Both the position numbers and the translations under genes were made by a program. A DNA stretch of 64,000 bases from a virus. Position 1 is the first letter of the stretch; each line of letters opens with the position of its first letter. Location: the IMG/VR virus record IMGVR_UViG_3300023491_000002. One strand, given 5' to 3'. This document shows, in pieces, positions 18,729-28,100 of this stretch. A model generated the notes under the pieces. That model ran no database searches. It saw only the letters and a program-made list of their open reading frames with translations, and had not been told where the DNA came from.

Positions 18729-19412
18729 ATGGTTAAAGATTCTGCTTTGAATGAAAGAGCAACTGCTGTTGAAATTGGTGGTTTAGTTGATGGAGTTGGT
18801 GCACCTGTTATGCGCGCCGGATATGCTTTGAAAGCTAAACCGAGTTGGATCACTTTAAGTGCTGTTGAGGGAACTGGTAACTCTCAAGTAGATGTTACTG
18901 CTCCGGTTTATAAAGGTCGTAACGGGCGTTCTGGTTTGATTACCGTTGCTGTTGAAGATTTGACTGAAGACGTTACTTTGCAGCAGGAAGGTTCTACGAT
19001 TTGGGATGTTACTACTCAATCGTTGGCTTTCGTTAAAACCGGTGAAACTAAGAAGTTCACTGGTAATTCCAATTTAGCTTCTATCACGTTTGCTGTTGAT
19101 TCTGACGCTTCTTCTTGGTTGACTGCCGGTAAATTGGTCGTAAATAAGAAAGAATATAATTCTGGTGCTGAGATTGAAGGTGATCCGGGAGCAGATGATG
19201 TTTACGCTTTTGAAATTACGTTTACCGCTGCTGCTAACCCGACGATTAACACTCGTACCGGTAATATTATCGTAAATGGTCAGAAATACATTGTAACTCA
19301 AGCTGCTGGTGATGCTACTTTGACTGTATCTCCGACTGCATTGACTTTCGCTGCTGCGGGAGAAACTAAACAGATAACGATTACTACGAATACCGCTTGG
19401 ACTATTTCGTAA
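18729..19412 (+). CDS. BACON-domain protein, 227 aa, with layout: BACON C-terminal half, a full BACON-like unit, then BACON N-terminal half at the C-terminus.
   Basis: SWITLSAVEGTGNSQVDV...NGRSGLITVAV...VTLQQ near the N-terminus. Internal ...SSWLTAG...RTGNIIVNGQKYIVTQ. C-terminus TLTVSPTALTFAAAGETKQITITTNTAWTIS. Confidence 0.7.
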   Translation: MVKDSALNERATAVEIGGLVDGVGAPVMRAGYALKAKPSWITLSAVEGTGNSQVDVTAPVYKGRNGRSGLITVAVEDLTEDVTLQQEGSTIWDVTTQSLAFVKTGETKKFTGNSNLASITFAVDSDASSWLTAGKLVVNKKEYNSGAEIEGDPGADDVYAFEITFTAAANPTINTRTGNIIVNGQKYIVTQAAGDATLTVSPTALTFAAAGETKQITITTNTAWTIS

Positions 19413-19433
19413 GTCGTCTGTTAATTTGATTAT

Positions 19434-19472
19434 AGGTCTAATAGGTACTAATGTGCTTATTAGACCTTTTGT
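19434..19472 (+). terminator. Rho-independent terminator: AGGTCTAATA-N14-TATTAGACCT followed by TTTTG.
   Basis: A perfect 10-bp stem 22 nt after the stop at 19412, with a T-run. Confidence 0.6.
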
Positions 19473-19494
19473 TGTATATACAGATATTTAAACT

Positions 19495-19806
19495 ATGGAA
19501 GAAACAATTATTTTTAATCTTTTTAATTCTATAAGTTTTGCGTTTATTGCCATTGTGCTTTTAACTACTTATGGCATTAATGAGATTATCACTAAGATTA
19601 CTAAAAAGAAACTACCGAGATACTTCAAGTCTCTTGTTAGCTTAATCGTAGGTATTGCAACTATGGTGCTTTACTTATACAAATTAGATGCTTCATTGGA
19701 AACGGTGCTGCTATCTTTTCTGATATGTACCTTTGGGTATGATTTAATTATCAAACCTATACTCAAAGCTATAAAACGGCATTTTGCTGATTCTAAAAGC
19801 GTATGA
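19495..19806 (+). CDS. Small membrane protein of 103 aa with three predicted transmembrane helices; holin-like.
   Basis: Three hydrophobic stretches (FNSISFAFIAIVLLTTYGI; SLVSLIVGIATMVLYLY; TVLLSFLICTFGYDLII) with a charged C-terminus. It sits between terminators in a small-gene cluster. There is no catalytic motif, so this is a topology-only call. Confidence 0.4.
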   Translation: MEETIIFNLFNSISFAFIAIVLLTTYGINEIITKITKKKLPRYFKSLVSLIVGIATMVLYLYKLDASLETVLLSFLICTFGYDLIIKPILKAIKRHFADSKSV

Positions 19807-19818
19807 TCGCGGACTAAA

Positions 19819-19856
19819 GGAGTGCTACTGCTAAATTGCGTAGTACTCCCTTTTGT
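19819..19856 (+). terminator. Terminator-like hairpin: GGAGTGCTAC...GTAGTACTCC (one G-U pair) followed by CTTTTG.
   Basis: Seen in the sequence 13 nt after the stop at 19806. Confidence 0.45.
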
Positions 19857-19929
19857 CATATCAAGGAAAATCATTGCTCGCTTAAATCATCGACTAAACG
19901 TTCTATTAATGATTTAAATTCCTTTAGGT

Positions 19930-20151
19930 ATGACACCTGTGACTTATACTAATTTGAATAAATTCTTATTAATTAGAGATATTCAAGAGATTGCTAAAAC
20001 TTATATCAATGATGATAGAAGTTATCGTTGGATTTGGAAGAACAAAATTGCTGACGTATATCATATTGGTTATGTAACTTTTATGAATTACATTAGTGTT
20101 CCCTCTATTAATGCAAAGATTGACGAAGCTATCGCTAAGAAGAAACGTTGA
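19930..20151 (+). CDS. Small hypothetical protein, 73 aa.
   Basis: Isolated short ORF between intergenic hairpins. Its coding status is uncertain. Confidence 0.35.
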   Translation: MTPVTYTNLNKFLLIRDIQEIAKTYINDDRSYRWIWKNKIADVYHIGYVTFMNYISVPSINAKIDEAIAKKKR

Positions 20152-20223
20152 ATATAATGTTCAACTATTGAGTATTAATGTTCATGTTATAAATCATTTC
20201 ATTGTTATCAGTACTAATAGTAA

Positions 20224-20231
20224 TATATTTG
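20224..20231 (+). promoter_or_regulatory. Candidate -7 promoter element TATATTTG upstream of the 20275 gene.
   Basis: Motif read directly 44 nt upstream of the ATG. It is followed by an imperfect hairpin (GTGCATCTC...GAGGTGCAT). The motif is frequent by chance. Confidence 0.2.
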
Positions 20232-20274
20232 TTGTGCATCTCAATGTCGAGGTGCATTAAAATAAATTAATGCT

Positions 20275-20895
20275 ATGAATACTGAAAACGAAACTGGTGT
20301 TAAAGTTCCGAAAGGACAAATTAATTACAACACTGTTGCAGGTTCTTTAGGTCTTGCTGCTTTTGCAGGACTTGGATTGAGAAATTGGTTAGGTAACGGT
20401 AATGGTTCGGTTGCTGCCGGAGCTACTGCTGTTGCTGAAACTCAATTAGTTTCTGGTCTTATGGCTGAACTTGCTAAAGAGAAGTCTGAACGTTATGCCG
20501 ATAATGTAGGTATAAACACGTTTAAAGAGGCTTTAGCTTTAATCAAAGAAGAACGTGAAACTCGTCAAGCTAACGACAAGATTATATTTGAAACTCTTGC
20601 TCGTTTGGATAAGGAATCTGCACTTAACAAACAGGATATTGAAAACTTCAAGAAAGAAGTCGCTCGTGAGTTCAGTGATGTTCGTCACGATTTCAAAGCT
20701 GCTATTGCTATTGAAGCTGAACGTAGAGAATCTGCTGATGAACGTATTTTCGATTATGCAAATTGCAATTTCGTTAAGTACATCAAAAAGATCAATGCTG
20801 CGGAGATTTGTCCGGTTGTTGAGTTAGCGGCTCGTACTGCTGGTCCGGCTGTACCTGATCCTAACGCTCCTATCACTTCTACAGCAAACGCTTAA
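20275..20895 (+). CDS. Hypothetical protein with an N-terminal hydrophobic Gly/Ala-rich segment and a coiled-coil region.
   Basis: VAGSLGLAAFAGLGL segment, then a charged helical region. Confidence 0.55.
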   Translation: MNTENETGVKVPKGQINYNTVAGSLGLAAFAGLGLRNWLGNGNGSVAAGATAVAETQLVSGLMAELAKEKSERYADNVGINTFKEALALIKEERETRQANDKIIFETLARLDKESALNKQDIENFKKEVAREFSDVRHDFKAAIAIEAERRESADERIFDYANCNFVKYIKKINAAEICPVVELAARTAGPAVPDPNAPITSTANA

Positions 20896-20907
20896 TCTTG
20901 AAGTGGT

Positions 20908-21324
20908 ATGACTAACGCAGAACTTGTTGCAGTAGCTGTTGGTAAATGGCTAACACCAATCGTTAAAACTATTGGAGGTGGGATTAAGATTCCTGTTACT
21001 TCTGGTATCGGAAAGTTTATGGGTAGTGTTTTTGGTTTAGACCTTTCTACTTATAATCTTCTGAATGAATTAGATTTTATTATAGAGCCTACACTTGATT
21101 ATATTATTAAGCCTCAGTTGGCTAAGTTATCTAAGTTCATACCTGATGAGCAGATTCCTAAAGTAGTTAATAGCTATCTTGATGCAGCTATTTCTAAAGC
21201 TACTGCTAAAGGTTCTGTGAATCTATTTGGTTTTGAGTTCGAAGCTACTGCTTTTCAAAATCTTAAACGTGAAATTGATAACTCTCTTAAAAATAATGTA
21301 AGTCATGATAAAAGCCCCGCATGA
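20908..21324 (+). CDS. Hypothetical protein.
   Basis: ORF of 138 aa. Confidence 0.55.
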   Translation: MTNAELVAVAVGKWLTPIVKTIGGGIKIPVTSGIGKFMGSVFGLDLSTYNLLNELDFIIEPTLDYIIKPQLAKLSKFIPDEQIPKVVNSYLDAAISKATAKGSVNLFGFEFEATAFQNLKREIDNSLKNNVSHDKSPA

Positions 21325-21733
21325 GCATAGTGATATGCCACACGAAAATGAAGATGTAAGAAAGAGGGATTGTCGAAAGTATAAAGAACTCTACGGAAAA
21401 CATTTTACTAAAGACCTATGTGAATGGGCTGTTGAACGTATGGAGAATCGTAATGGTACTACTCATCATTATAATCTTGATGAAGTCAAATCTATTTGGC
21501 ACAAATACAAGATGAATGATCTCCATAATGCTAACTGGTATGATGTTATGTATGTAATGAATATGGCTTACGCAGATTTCTATGGTCGTTTGTTTACCGA
21601 ACATCATGAATGTGCTATGTATGCTTATCTTTACATTAGTGATCCCGACGGTTACGAAGGTATTGCTTTCCAAAGATGGTTAGCTGATATTAAAGCTCAA
21701 GACGATGAAGTGCCTTGGCAGAGATTCATCTAA
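21305..21733 (+). CDS. Hypothetical His/Trp/Tyr-rich protein. The real start may be Met at 21335.
   Basis: ORF of 142 aa. It overlaps the previous gene by 20 nt if started at 21305. Confidence 0.55.
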   Translation: MIKAPHEHSDMPHENEDVRKRDCRKYKELYGKHFTKDLCEWAVERMENRNGTTHHYNLDEVKSIWHKYKMNDLHNANWYDVMYVMNMAYADFYGRLFTEHHECAMYAYLYISDPDGYEGIAFQRWLADIKAQDDEVPWQRFI

Positions 21734-21784
21734 TTAGTTTTGGTCGCAGGTGTTATTTATATCAAGGCAATTTTAATTATTCCT

Positions 21785-21825
21785 AATCCGACTACTGGTT
21801 CCGCTGATAGTCGGATTTTTTTGTT
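21785..21825 (+). terminator. Rho-independent terminator: AATCCGACTA-N13-TAGTCGGATT followed by TTTTTTGTTT.
   Basis: A perfect 10-bp stem plus a strong T-run, 52 nt after the stop at 21733. Confidence 0.65.
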
Positions 21826-21852
21826 TATAGCAACTTATTCAAACACGCAAGT

Positions 21853-22515
21853 ATGAATTATAAAACACGTTGTGTAATGAGTGGTATTTTTATTGCTATA
21901 TTGAACTTGATTGGTGTTATTGTTTCATCTATTGGTGTTGTCTTCGTAAAAGAATGGATTGCTAAGAAGAGACGTAAGGTTGTTACTAATCTTCTTGCAT
22001 CTAAAGCAGAATGTTGGATGCAACTCGATAAAATAGCCTCAAACATTAGAGAATCTCTTAATGCTAAAGGTGTTTACGTTGCATACTTTCATAATGGTGG
22101 TAAGTTCTGTAATGGTATTAATATGGATAAGTTTACTGTTATCGCAGAAGATTACGATATTAGTATTACAGATCCTTATAAGAATCGTTATAAGAATGTT
22201 CTTACTTCTATTATGCCTTATACTATTCTACGCTTATACAGAGATAGTAAGTATATTTTCCGTATGAGTGCTTTGACAAAGTATCATTCTAATATGTATG
22301 TTGGAGATCTTCGTTCACGTGGATGTAATACTGCTATTAGCATTCTTATTCGTGACTTGAAAACTGATATGCCTATTGGCTTTCTTAGTGCTGAGTTCGA
22401 GCTTGACTTTGAACCTGACGCTGAAATGATGCAAACATTCTGGAAAAATCACAATCGTATTTCTCGCAATATGACTATGGTTATAGATGCGACAGAAGAT
22501 ACCATTAAAAACTAA
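21853..22515 (+). CDS. Membrane-anchored protein of 220 aa with an N-terminal signal-anchor or transmembrane helix. It could be a lysis-module component, but function is unknown.
   Basis: The N-terminus is MNYKTRCVMSGIFIAILNLIGVIVSSIGVVFV followed by KKRRK. No recognisable catalytic motif. Confidence 0.55.
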   Translation: MNYKTRCVMSGIFIAILNLIGVIVSSIGVVFVKEWIAKKRRKVVTNLLASKAECWMQLDKIASNIRESLNAKGVYVAYFHNGGKFCNGINMDKFTVIAEDYDISITDPYKNRYKNVLTSIMPYTILRLYRDSKYIFRMSALTKYHSNMYVGDLRSRGCNTAISILIRDLKTDMPIGFLSAEFELDFEPDAEMMQTFWKNHNRISRNMTMVIDATEDTIKN

Positions 22516-22521
22516 AATACC

Positions 22522-22788
22522 ATGACTGTTATTTACGCAAGAACTAGTCTGCCATCAAGGTGTGGTAGAGGTTTCAAAAATCAAAAGAACGTTATTAGAG
22601 TTACTAACCGGTATACTAATGCTGGTCCGTGGCACGGGGTTGTTCCAGTTAAGAATCGTCCTATTATGATCATAGGTGGTTCTGATACTCCTGAACTTGA
22701 ATTGTCTACTAATCTTCTTAAATTTATCCCTAGAGGTGAAACTAAGGAGCTTGGTATTACTACTAATAAATCTTGGCGAATTGTTTAA
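22522..22788 (+). CDS. Small protein of 88 aa ending in a BACON-N-half-like segment.
   Basis: The C-terminus ELELSTNLLKFIPRGETKELGITTNKSWRIV resembles the ...TSNVxWTVS C-termini of the fibre genes. Confidence 0.45.
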   Translation: MTVIYARTSLPSRCGRGFKNQKNVIRVTNRYTNAGPWHGVVPVKNRPIMIIGGSDTPELELSTNLLKFIPRGETKELGITTNKSWRIV

Positions 22789-22797
22789 TGTATTATT

Positions 22798-23538
22798 ATG
22801 GCAACACTTAATCAATTAGGAAGTAAGATTTCTAATATATTAGGTAAGCCCGGTGATCATAGCATTCAAGAGAGAGCTAAAGATGCTTGTAAGGCACTCT
22901 TTGCTACTTTTATTCGTCAGAGTATTGAGCGCAATGGTGTAGATGAGGTGCTTAAAGTTAGCTTTAATGTTCCTCTTATCTGCGTTCCGCTTACCGATAT
23001 AGAAAACACATATGCGGGAATTGGTGCTAAAGATATGGTTCTTACTACTGAGCATCGAGTTCCTACACCTTTACGTATGCCTAATGATGCACCTTTTCTT
23101 CATGTTTATACTCAACATGATGATGGGAGTCTTATTACATATAAGTACGCTAATAATAGCGTAGTTCCGCTCCTTACCACAGTCTATTCCCCTACTGGGG
23201 TTTGGGGAGTGTATCAAATCGTTAATGGTAAACTTAAAATTATTATCAAAAATACTCTCAAAAACTTTGAGATTGATGCTAAAAATTATAAGTTTGTAAC
23301 AATCGTGTATGTAGCTGAAAATCCTGCTGAGGTTATCACTATGTATATGGAAGATGATGGCCAAGATATTGAACTTCCGCTTCCTGCTGATATGATAGAA
23401 CGTATAACTTATGAGGTTCTTAGAACTGAATTTGGTATTAAGCCTACAGAACACGAAGTTAAGATTATTAGTGATGCAACTTATGCTCCTAATGATCCTA
23501 ATGGTACTCAACGTTTAATCCATAATAAAGTAGAATAA
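22798..23538 (+). CDS. Hypothetical structural protein.
   Basis: ORF of 246 aa. Confidence 0.6.
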   Translation: MATLNQLGSKISNILGKPGDHSIQERAKDACKALFATFIRQSIERNGVDEVLKVSFNVPLICVPLTDIENTYAGIGAKDMVLTTEHRVPTPLRMPNDAPFLHVYTQHDDGSLITYKYANNSVVPLLTTVYSPTGVWGVYQIVNGKLKIIIKNTLKNFEIDAKNYKFVTIVYVAENPAEVITMYMEDDGQDIELPLPADMIERITYEVLRTEFGIKPTEHEVKIISDATYAPNDPNGTQRLIHNKVE

Positions 23539-23543
23539 ACTAT

Positions 23544-24440
23544 ATGGAATCCATGCACTATTACCACGACTATCTCGAACAATGTTATAACACTATCGAG
23601 AAATTAAGTACTGATCTTCATAACATTTATATTAGACGTAATAATCTAGCTAATATCTGTTATGCTAATCTGAATCTTCTTGAATCGAATGGAATAACTA
23701 AAGAGATTATTGATGATCTTATTTTAGGTAAACGAGTTAAAGGTGTTAAGCTCTTACGTAAACTTAATTGGAGTGACGAAGCTAAAGCAGTATCTCTTCG
23801 TATTACGTTTAATCGTTTTGTTTATCTATCTACTATTCGTATTCCTAAACTTCTTGCTATTATTAGATATTACGATTGGATGTGTCGTATTCCTTATCCA
23901 ATATTTAATCAAATACAAAGAGGTCTTAATAAGTCTCTAATTGAGAATCTTATTCGTGGTGATAGTGTTTCTTTAGGTACTTACATTGGTAAGTTTCAAG
24001 TTCAACGTGCTGTTGCTAGAGAATCTGTTGATTGGGCTGCTTCATTTCGTCTTAGGGATGAAATGATTGCTGCTGGTATCGAAGTTAAGAGTTTTCTTAA
24101 TCCTTATGGTAAGAATTGGCACGTTAAATCTGATAATCCGTATTATTGGTTCTGTAAATGGATACGTCATAATATGGGTGTTGATGTTGTACCTAATCAA
24201 ATATTCTATAAATTTAAACCTAATCATTGTCATGTAAACATTATGACTAGCGATAAGGTGCTTAGGCATAAATCTATAGAAGAAGTTATTAAAGCGGATA
24301 ATCTTGCATTTGATGCTAAACTCAAATACATGATTGAACATGATAAAACTATTATGGATAGGTATCCGCCTACTAAAAGCAAAAGAGAACGTATTAAAAA
24401 CAATGAAGTAGATGAATACATTAGACCAAAACTTGATTAG
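23544..24440 (+). CDS. Hypothetical protein.
   Basis: ORF of 298 aa. Confidence 0.6.
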   Translation: MESMHYYHDYLEQCYNTIEKLSTDLHNIYIRRNNLANICYANLNLLESNGITKEIIDDLILGKRVKGVKLLRKLNWSDEAKAVSLRITFNRFVYLSTIRIPKLLAIIRYYDWMCRIPYPIFNQIQRGLNKSLIENLIRGDSVSLGTYIGKFQVQRAVARESVDWAASFRLRDEMIAAGIEVKSFLNPYGKNWHVKSDNPYYWFCKWIRHNMGVDVVPNQIFYKFKPNHCHVNIMTSDKVLRHKSIEEVIKADNLAFDAKLKYMIEHDKTIMDRYPPTKSKRERIKNNEVDEYIRPKLD

Positions 24441-25194
24441 TTCTAGTGTTGTTATTCATAGGATTATAGAAGATTATGATGTTCATTCTATGGACTTTAT
24501 GACTCGTATTCCTACTTGGATATGTGAAGCTCTTGCTGATTTAAATATTCAACAGCATCTTATTAATGTTGGTAAAGTTATCGACTTTGATGAGTATCGT
24601 TGTGAGATTCCAGAGGGTTGTGAGAATATACGTCTTGTTACAATTAATGGTAAACGTGCGGATTTTACTACTAATCCTGCTCCATTTGAGCATGATGATG
24701 GAAATTATATACCGCTCGCCATTTCATTCCCGATAGGAGTAAACCTTACAGAGAATGTCGTTTTTGACTTCATACAGACGATTTCCGGCAGTTTATATAC
24801 GTATTCGATTAATGGGTCGTATTTGCATTTGAATGTCAGAAAAGGCACGCTAGGTGTCTTATTTCACGGGTTGCCAATGACACTTGACGAGATTCTTAAA
24901 ATCAATGTTCCTCTTATACCTAATAATGATGTTCTTATTGATGCTCTAAAGAACTTTGTTATGATGCGTATTCTTCAACGTAATTACAGGCATCCTGTTT
25001 TAAATCTTAGAGATAGTAATCCTTATACTAATCCGGCACTTGCTTACGATAATGCTAAAATTAAAGTTCGTAATGCTTGTAATAGGCTTACTAAAGATAA
25101 ACGTGATGATTGTAGTAGGTCGTTATTAAACTTCTTAAATATGAAAAATCATTATGTGAACGGCTATGAAAGTAAACGCAGGTCTTTACCCTAA
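24412..25194 (+). CDS. Hypothetical protein.
   Basis: ORF of 260 aa, overlapping both neighbours. Confidence 0.6.
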   Translation: MNTLDQNLISSSVVIHRIIEDYDVHSMDFMTRIPTWICEALADLNIQQHLINVGKVIDFDEYRCEIPEGCENIRLVTINGKRADFTTNPAPFEHDDGNYIPLAISFPIGVNLTENVVFDFIQTISGSLYTYSINGSYLHLNVRKGTLGVLFHGLPMTLDEILKINVPLIPNNDVLIDALKNFVMMRILQRNYRHPVLNLRDSNPYTNPALAYDNAKIKVRNACNRLTKDKRDDCSRSLLNFLNMKNHYVNGYESKRRSLP

Positions 25195-28100
25195 CGCGAA
25201 TCCGTCATTAGTCAATAGTGATACTAAGTCTTATGCACTTAATGTTCTATATAACGAGGATGGTGAGACTCTTATCAATGAAAATGGATTTGAGAAACAT
25301 CATGATTATTCTGATTATGGTCAGTGTATTGGCACCATTCCGATTCCCGTTGGAGTGGTGCTTTTTTTCGTTAATAGAAACGGTGCTAATCCTAGTGTAC
25401 CTGACGGAGATTACATTATATGGCATAGTGATGAAACTATTGAAGGTGATATAAAGTATTCAGATGTTATTTATAAAGCTCCTCTAGTTGGCGATAGTAC
25501 AGTTTTAAATTTCAGTGAAGATCGTCCTATCACTGGTGCTTATTCTTATAATAAAAATAATCATCTGATTATTACTTTTACAGAAGGTAATTCAACTGCT
25601 GCTAATGAAACTCGTTTGATGAATCTTAATACCTTTTGTGATGACTATAATCTTGCAAAAGACTATTCTGATAATACTACGACTATTTACAGCTTAGGTA
25701 TTGATTTAACTAAAGAGAAACTATTGAATCTTATACCTGATGTTGAATATCCTACATTAACAGTTCAGTCTATTGATGGGGGTGGTTTACTTGCAGGCTC
25801 ATATCAATTTGCTATTGCATATAAACTTAAAACCGGAGATTATACTGATTATTCTCTGTTATCTCCTACATACTTTGCTGCACCTAAATACAATGAAAGT
25901 ATTAAAGCTGGTCAGCTTACTTCTCGTAAGTTTCAAATTGATATTACTAATATAGATTCTCAGTTTGATGAATGTAAACTTGGTATTATCTATAAAGGTG
26001 AAGATGAAGAGAAAGCTTACGAGTATGAAAATATTGATATTAAAGGTAAAAATAGTACAACTGTTTATATCAGTGGTATCAATAGTTTGAATATAGTTAC
26101 TCTCAATGATATTGTAATTGGTAATATTTCATATATTAAAGATCAAGCTCATACTAATTTTAATTCACAGCTTATTCGAGCTAATGTTAGTATGAATGAT
26201 ATTACTGGTCTTGACAAGCATATCAAAGATAAAAATCTATGTACTGCTAATGGTCTTAATGGTACTGGTAATATTAAAATTAAAGAAGAATTATTCAAAT
26301 CTGTTGGTGATAAAGGTGACTTTGAAAAGAAAGATCTTTCTAATGATACTTGTATCAAAGATAATGAATACTACTTCTTATATTTAGGTCTTATTGATTA
26401 TAAAGGTAAACTTATTAATGTTTATCCTATTTATAATACTCAAAAGAGTAGTTATTACTTCAAGACTTCTAACTTCAATATGATCGGTAGTGATGGTGCT
26501 GTTAAACATCGTATGTTTAGATTTAAATTCAATCCTACAGATTTCTTTTCTAAACTCTTTAAAGATACTACTAAAATTGAAACTGCTGATGGTCTTGAAG
26601 AAGTTGGAGTTGTTGCTCGTAAACAAATCAAATCTTGGGTTGTTTACATGGCTCAACCTAATAGCTCTAATAGTAATTGGTGTTGTCAATCACTTGTTGT
26701 TCGAGATTTAGCTTATTCTAATGTAGTTGGTAATAACTATAAAGGAGCTTTTGCTTCTCGTGATAGATATAGATTATATCCTCTTGAATATCTGATTGAA
26801 AAGAAGACTATGCCACAAGTTAAAGCTTATAGCGTTCGTAGTGCTTATGAACGTATGACTTGGAGGCATTGTTTCAATCGTCAGAAAAATGATACTAAAA
26901 ATGAAAAAGGAGATGGTTTTGATTTATGGGATGAAGGTGGTGATTTGATTCAATCAGTTCTTCTTTCTGATTCACTTATTGTTAATAGTAGACTTAATGG
27001 ACCTACTATTAAACCTGAATTTATTGCTAATAATAATTCAGCTGTTTCAAATATAGCTGCTGATTCTAGTTATAAATTTAGTAAAAATAATGGTCTCGAT
27101 GATAACGCTATGTTTGATAGTAAATACTATCCGAATGCATGGAATAATAAAAGTTATCAACGTGTTACTATTACTTATAGCAATGGTGACTTACTAGATC
27201 CCGGATTTGAATATAACAAGATATGTAAAGATTATTCTGCTGCTGGTGAGTGGAAAGGTGATGATAATCCAAATAGTCATAGAGATGATAGAACTGTTGC
27301 AAAATTTCAATGGTATTCTATTATTGAAAATAACCGTGCTATTATAGATTGTTACTATCATGATCGTAATGCAGATGATATATTCAAGACTATTGACGTT
27401 TATGCTCAGAATCTTTCTTGTATATCTTCCATTGTTAGAGTTGAATATCATCCCGTAACATATATTGCTACTACAAAAGCTCAATATCTCAAAGGTGATA
27501 CATTTGTTGCATTTATAACTCAACGCTGTGTTGCTCCTGCTGCTGGTTTCCAACATGAAGGGGTTAGTGCTACTATTGCTAATTGTCATAGAATTATCAT
27601 TAGTTATTTTATATTTAGTCGTATGAATCTTCAATGTCGTCATGATGGACTTGGAGTTAATAGTAGTGCTTATAAGATATTCGAACGTAATATTTCTAAT
27701 ACTGCTGAGAATGATATTGAGAAAGCTATTCGTTGGGCTCCTAAGAATAATTACTATCAAGAAGCTGATAACTTAGGTCATGTTAGTTATCCTATTGATA
27801 ATTTTTGGAATACTGAGGATGGTAAGTGTTATGAGACTTCTATGAATTGGGATGGTTTTAAAGACGCTGTTATTATTAAAAAGATTGACGATATTAAAAC
27901 CTTTCCTTCTCGCATTATACGTTCAGATGTTAATCCTAGTGAATCTACTGATATTGGTTGGCGTCGATATAAAGCTGATGCTTATAAAGATGTTTCAATT
28001 CAAAAAGGTGCTATCGAGAATGTTTTATCTGATGATATTGCTTTATATATTCAACAACGATACACATTACTTGTAGCCGCCATTAAAGATACTCTAGATA

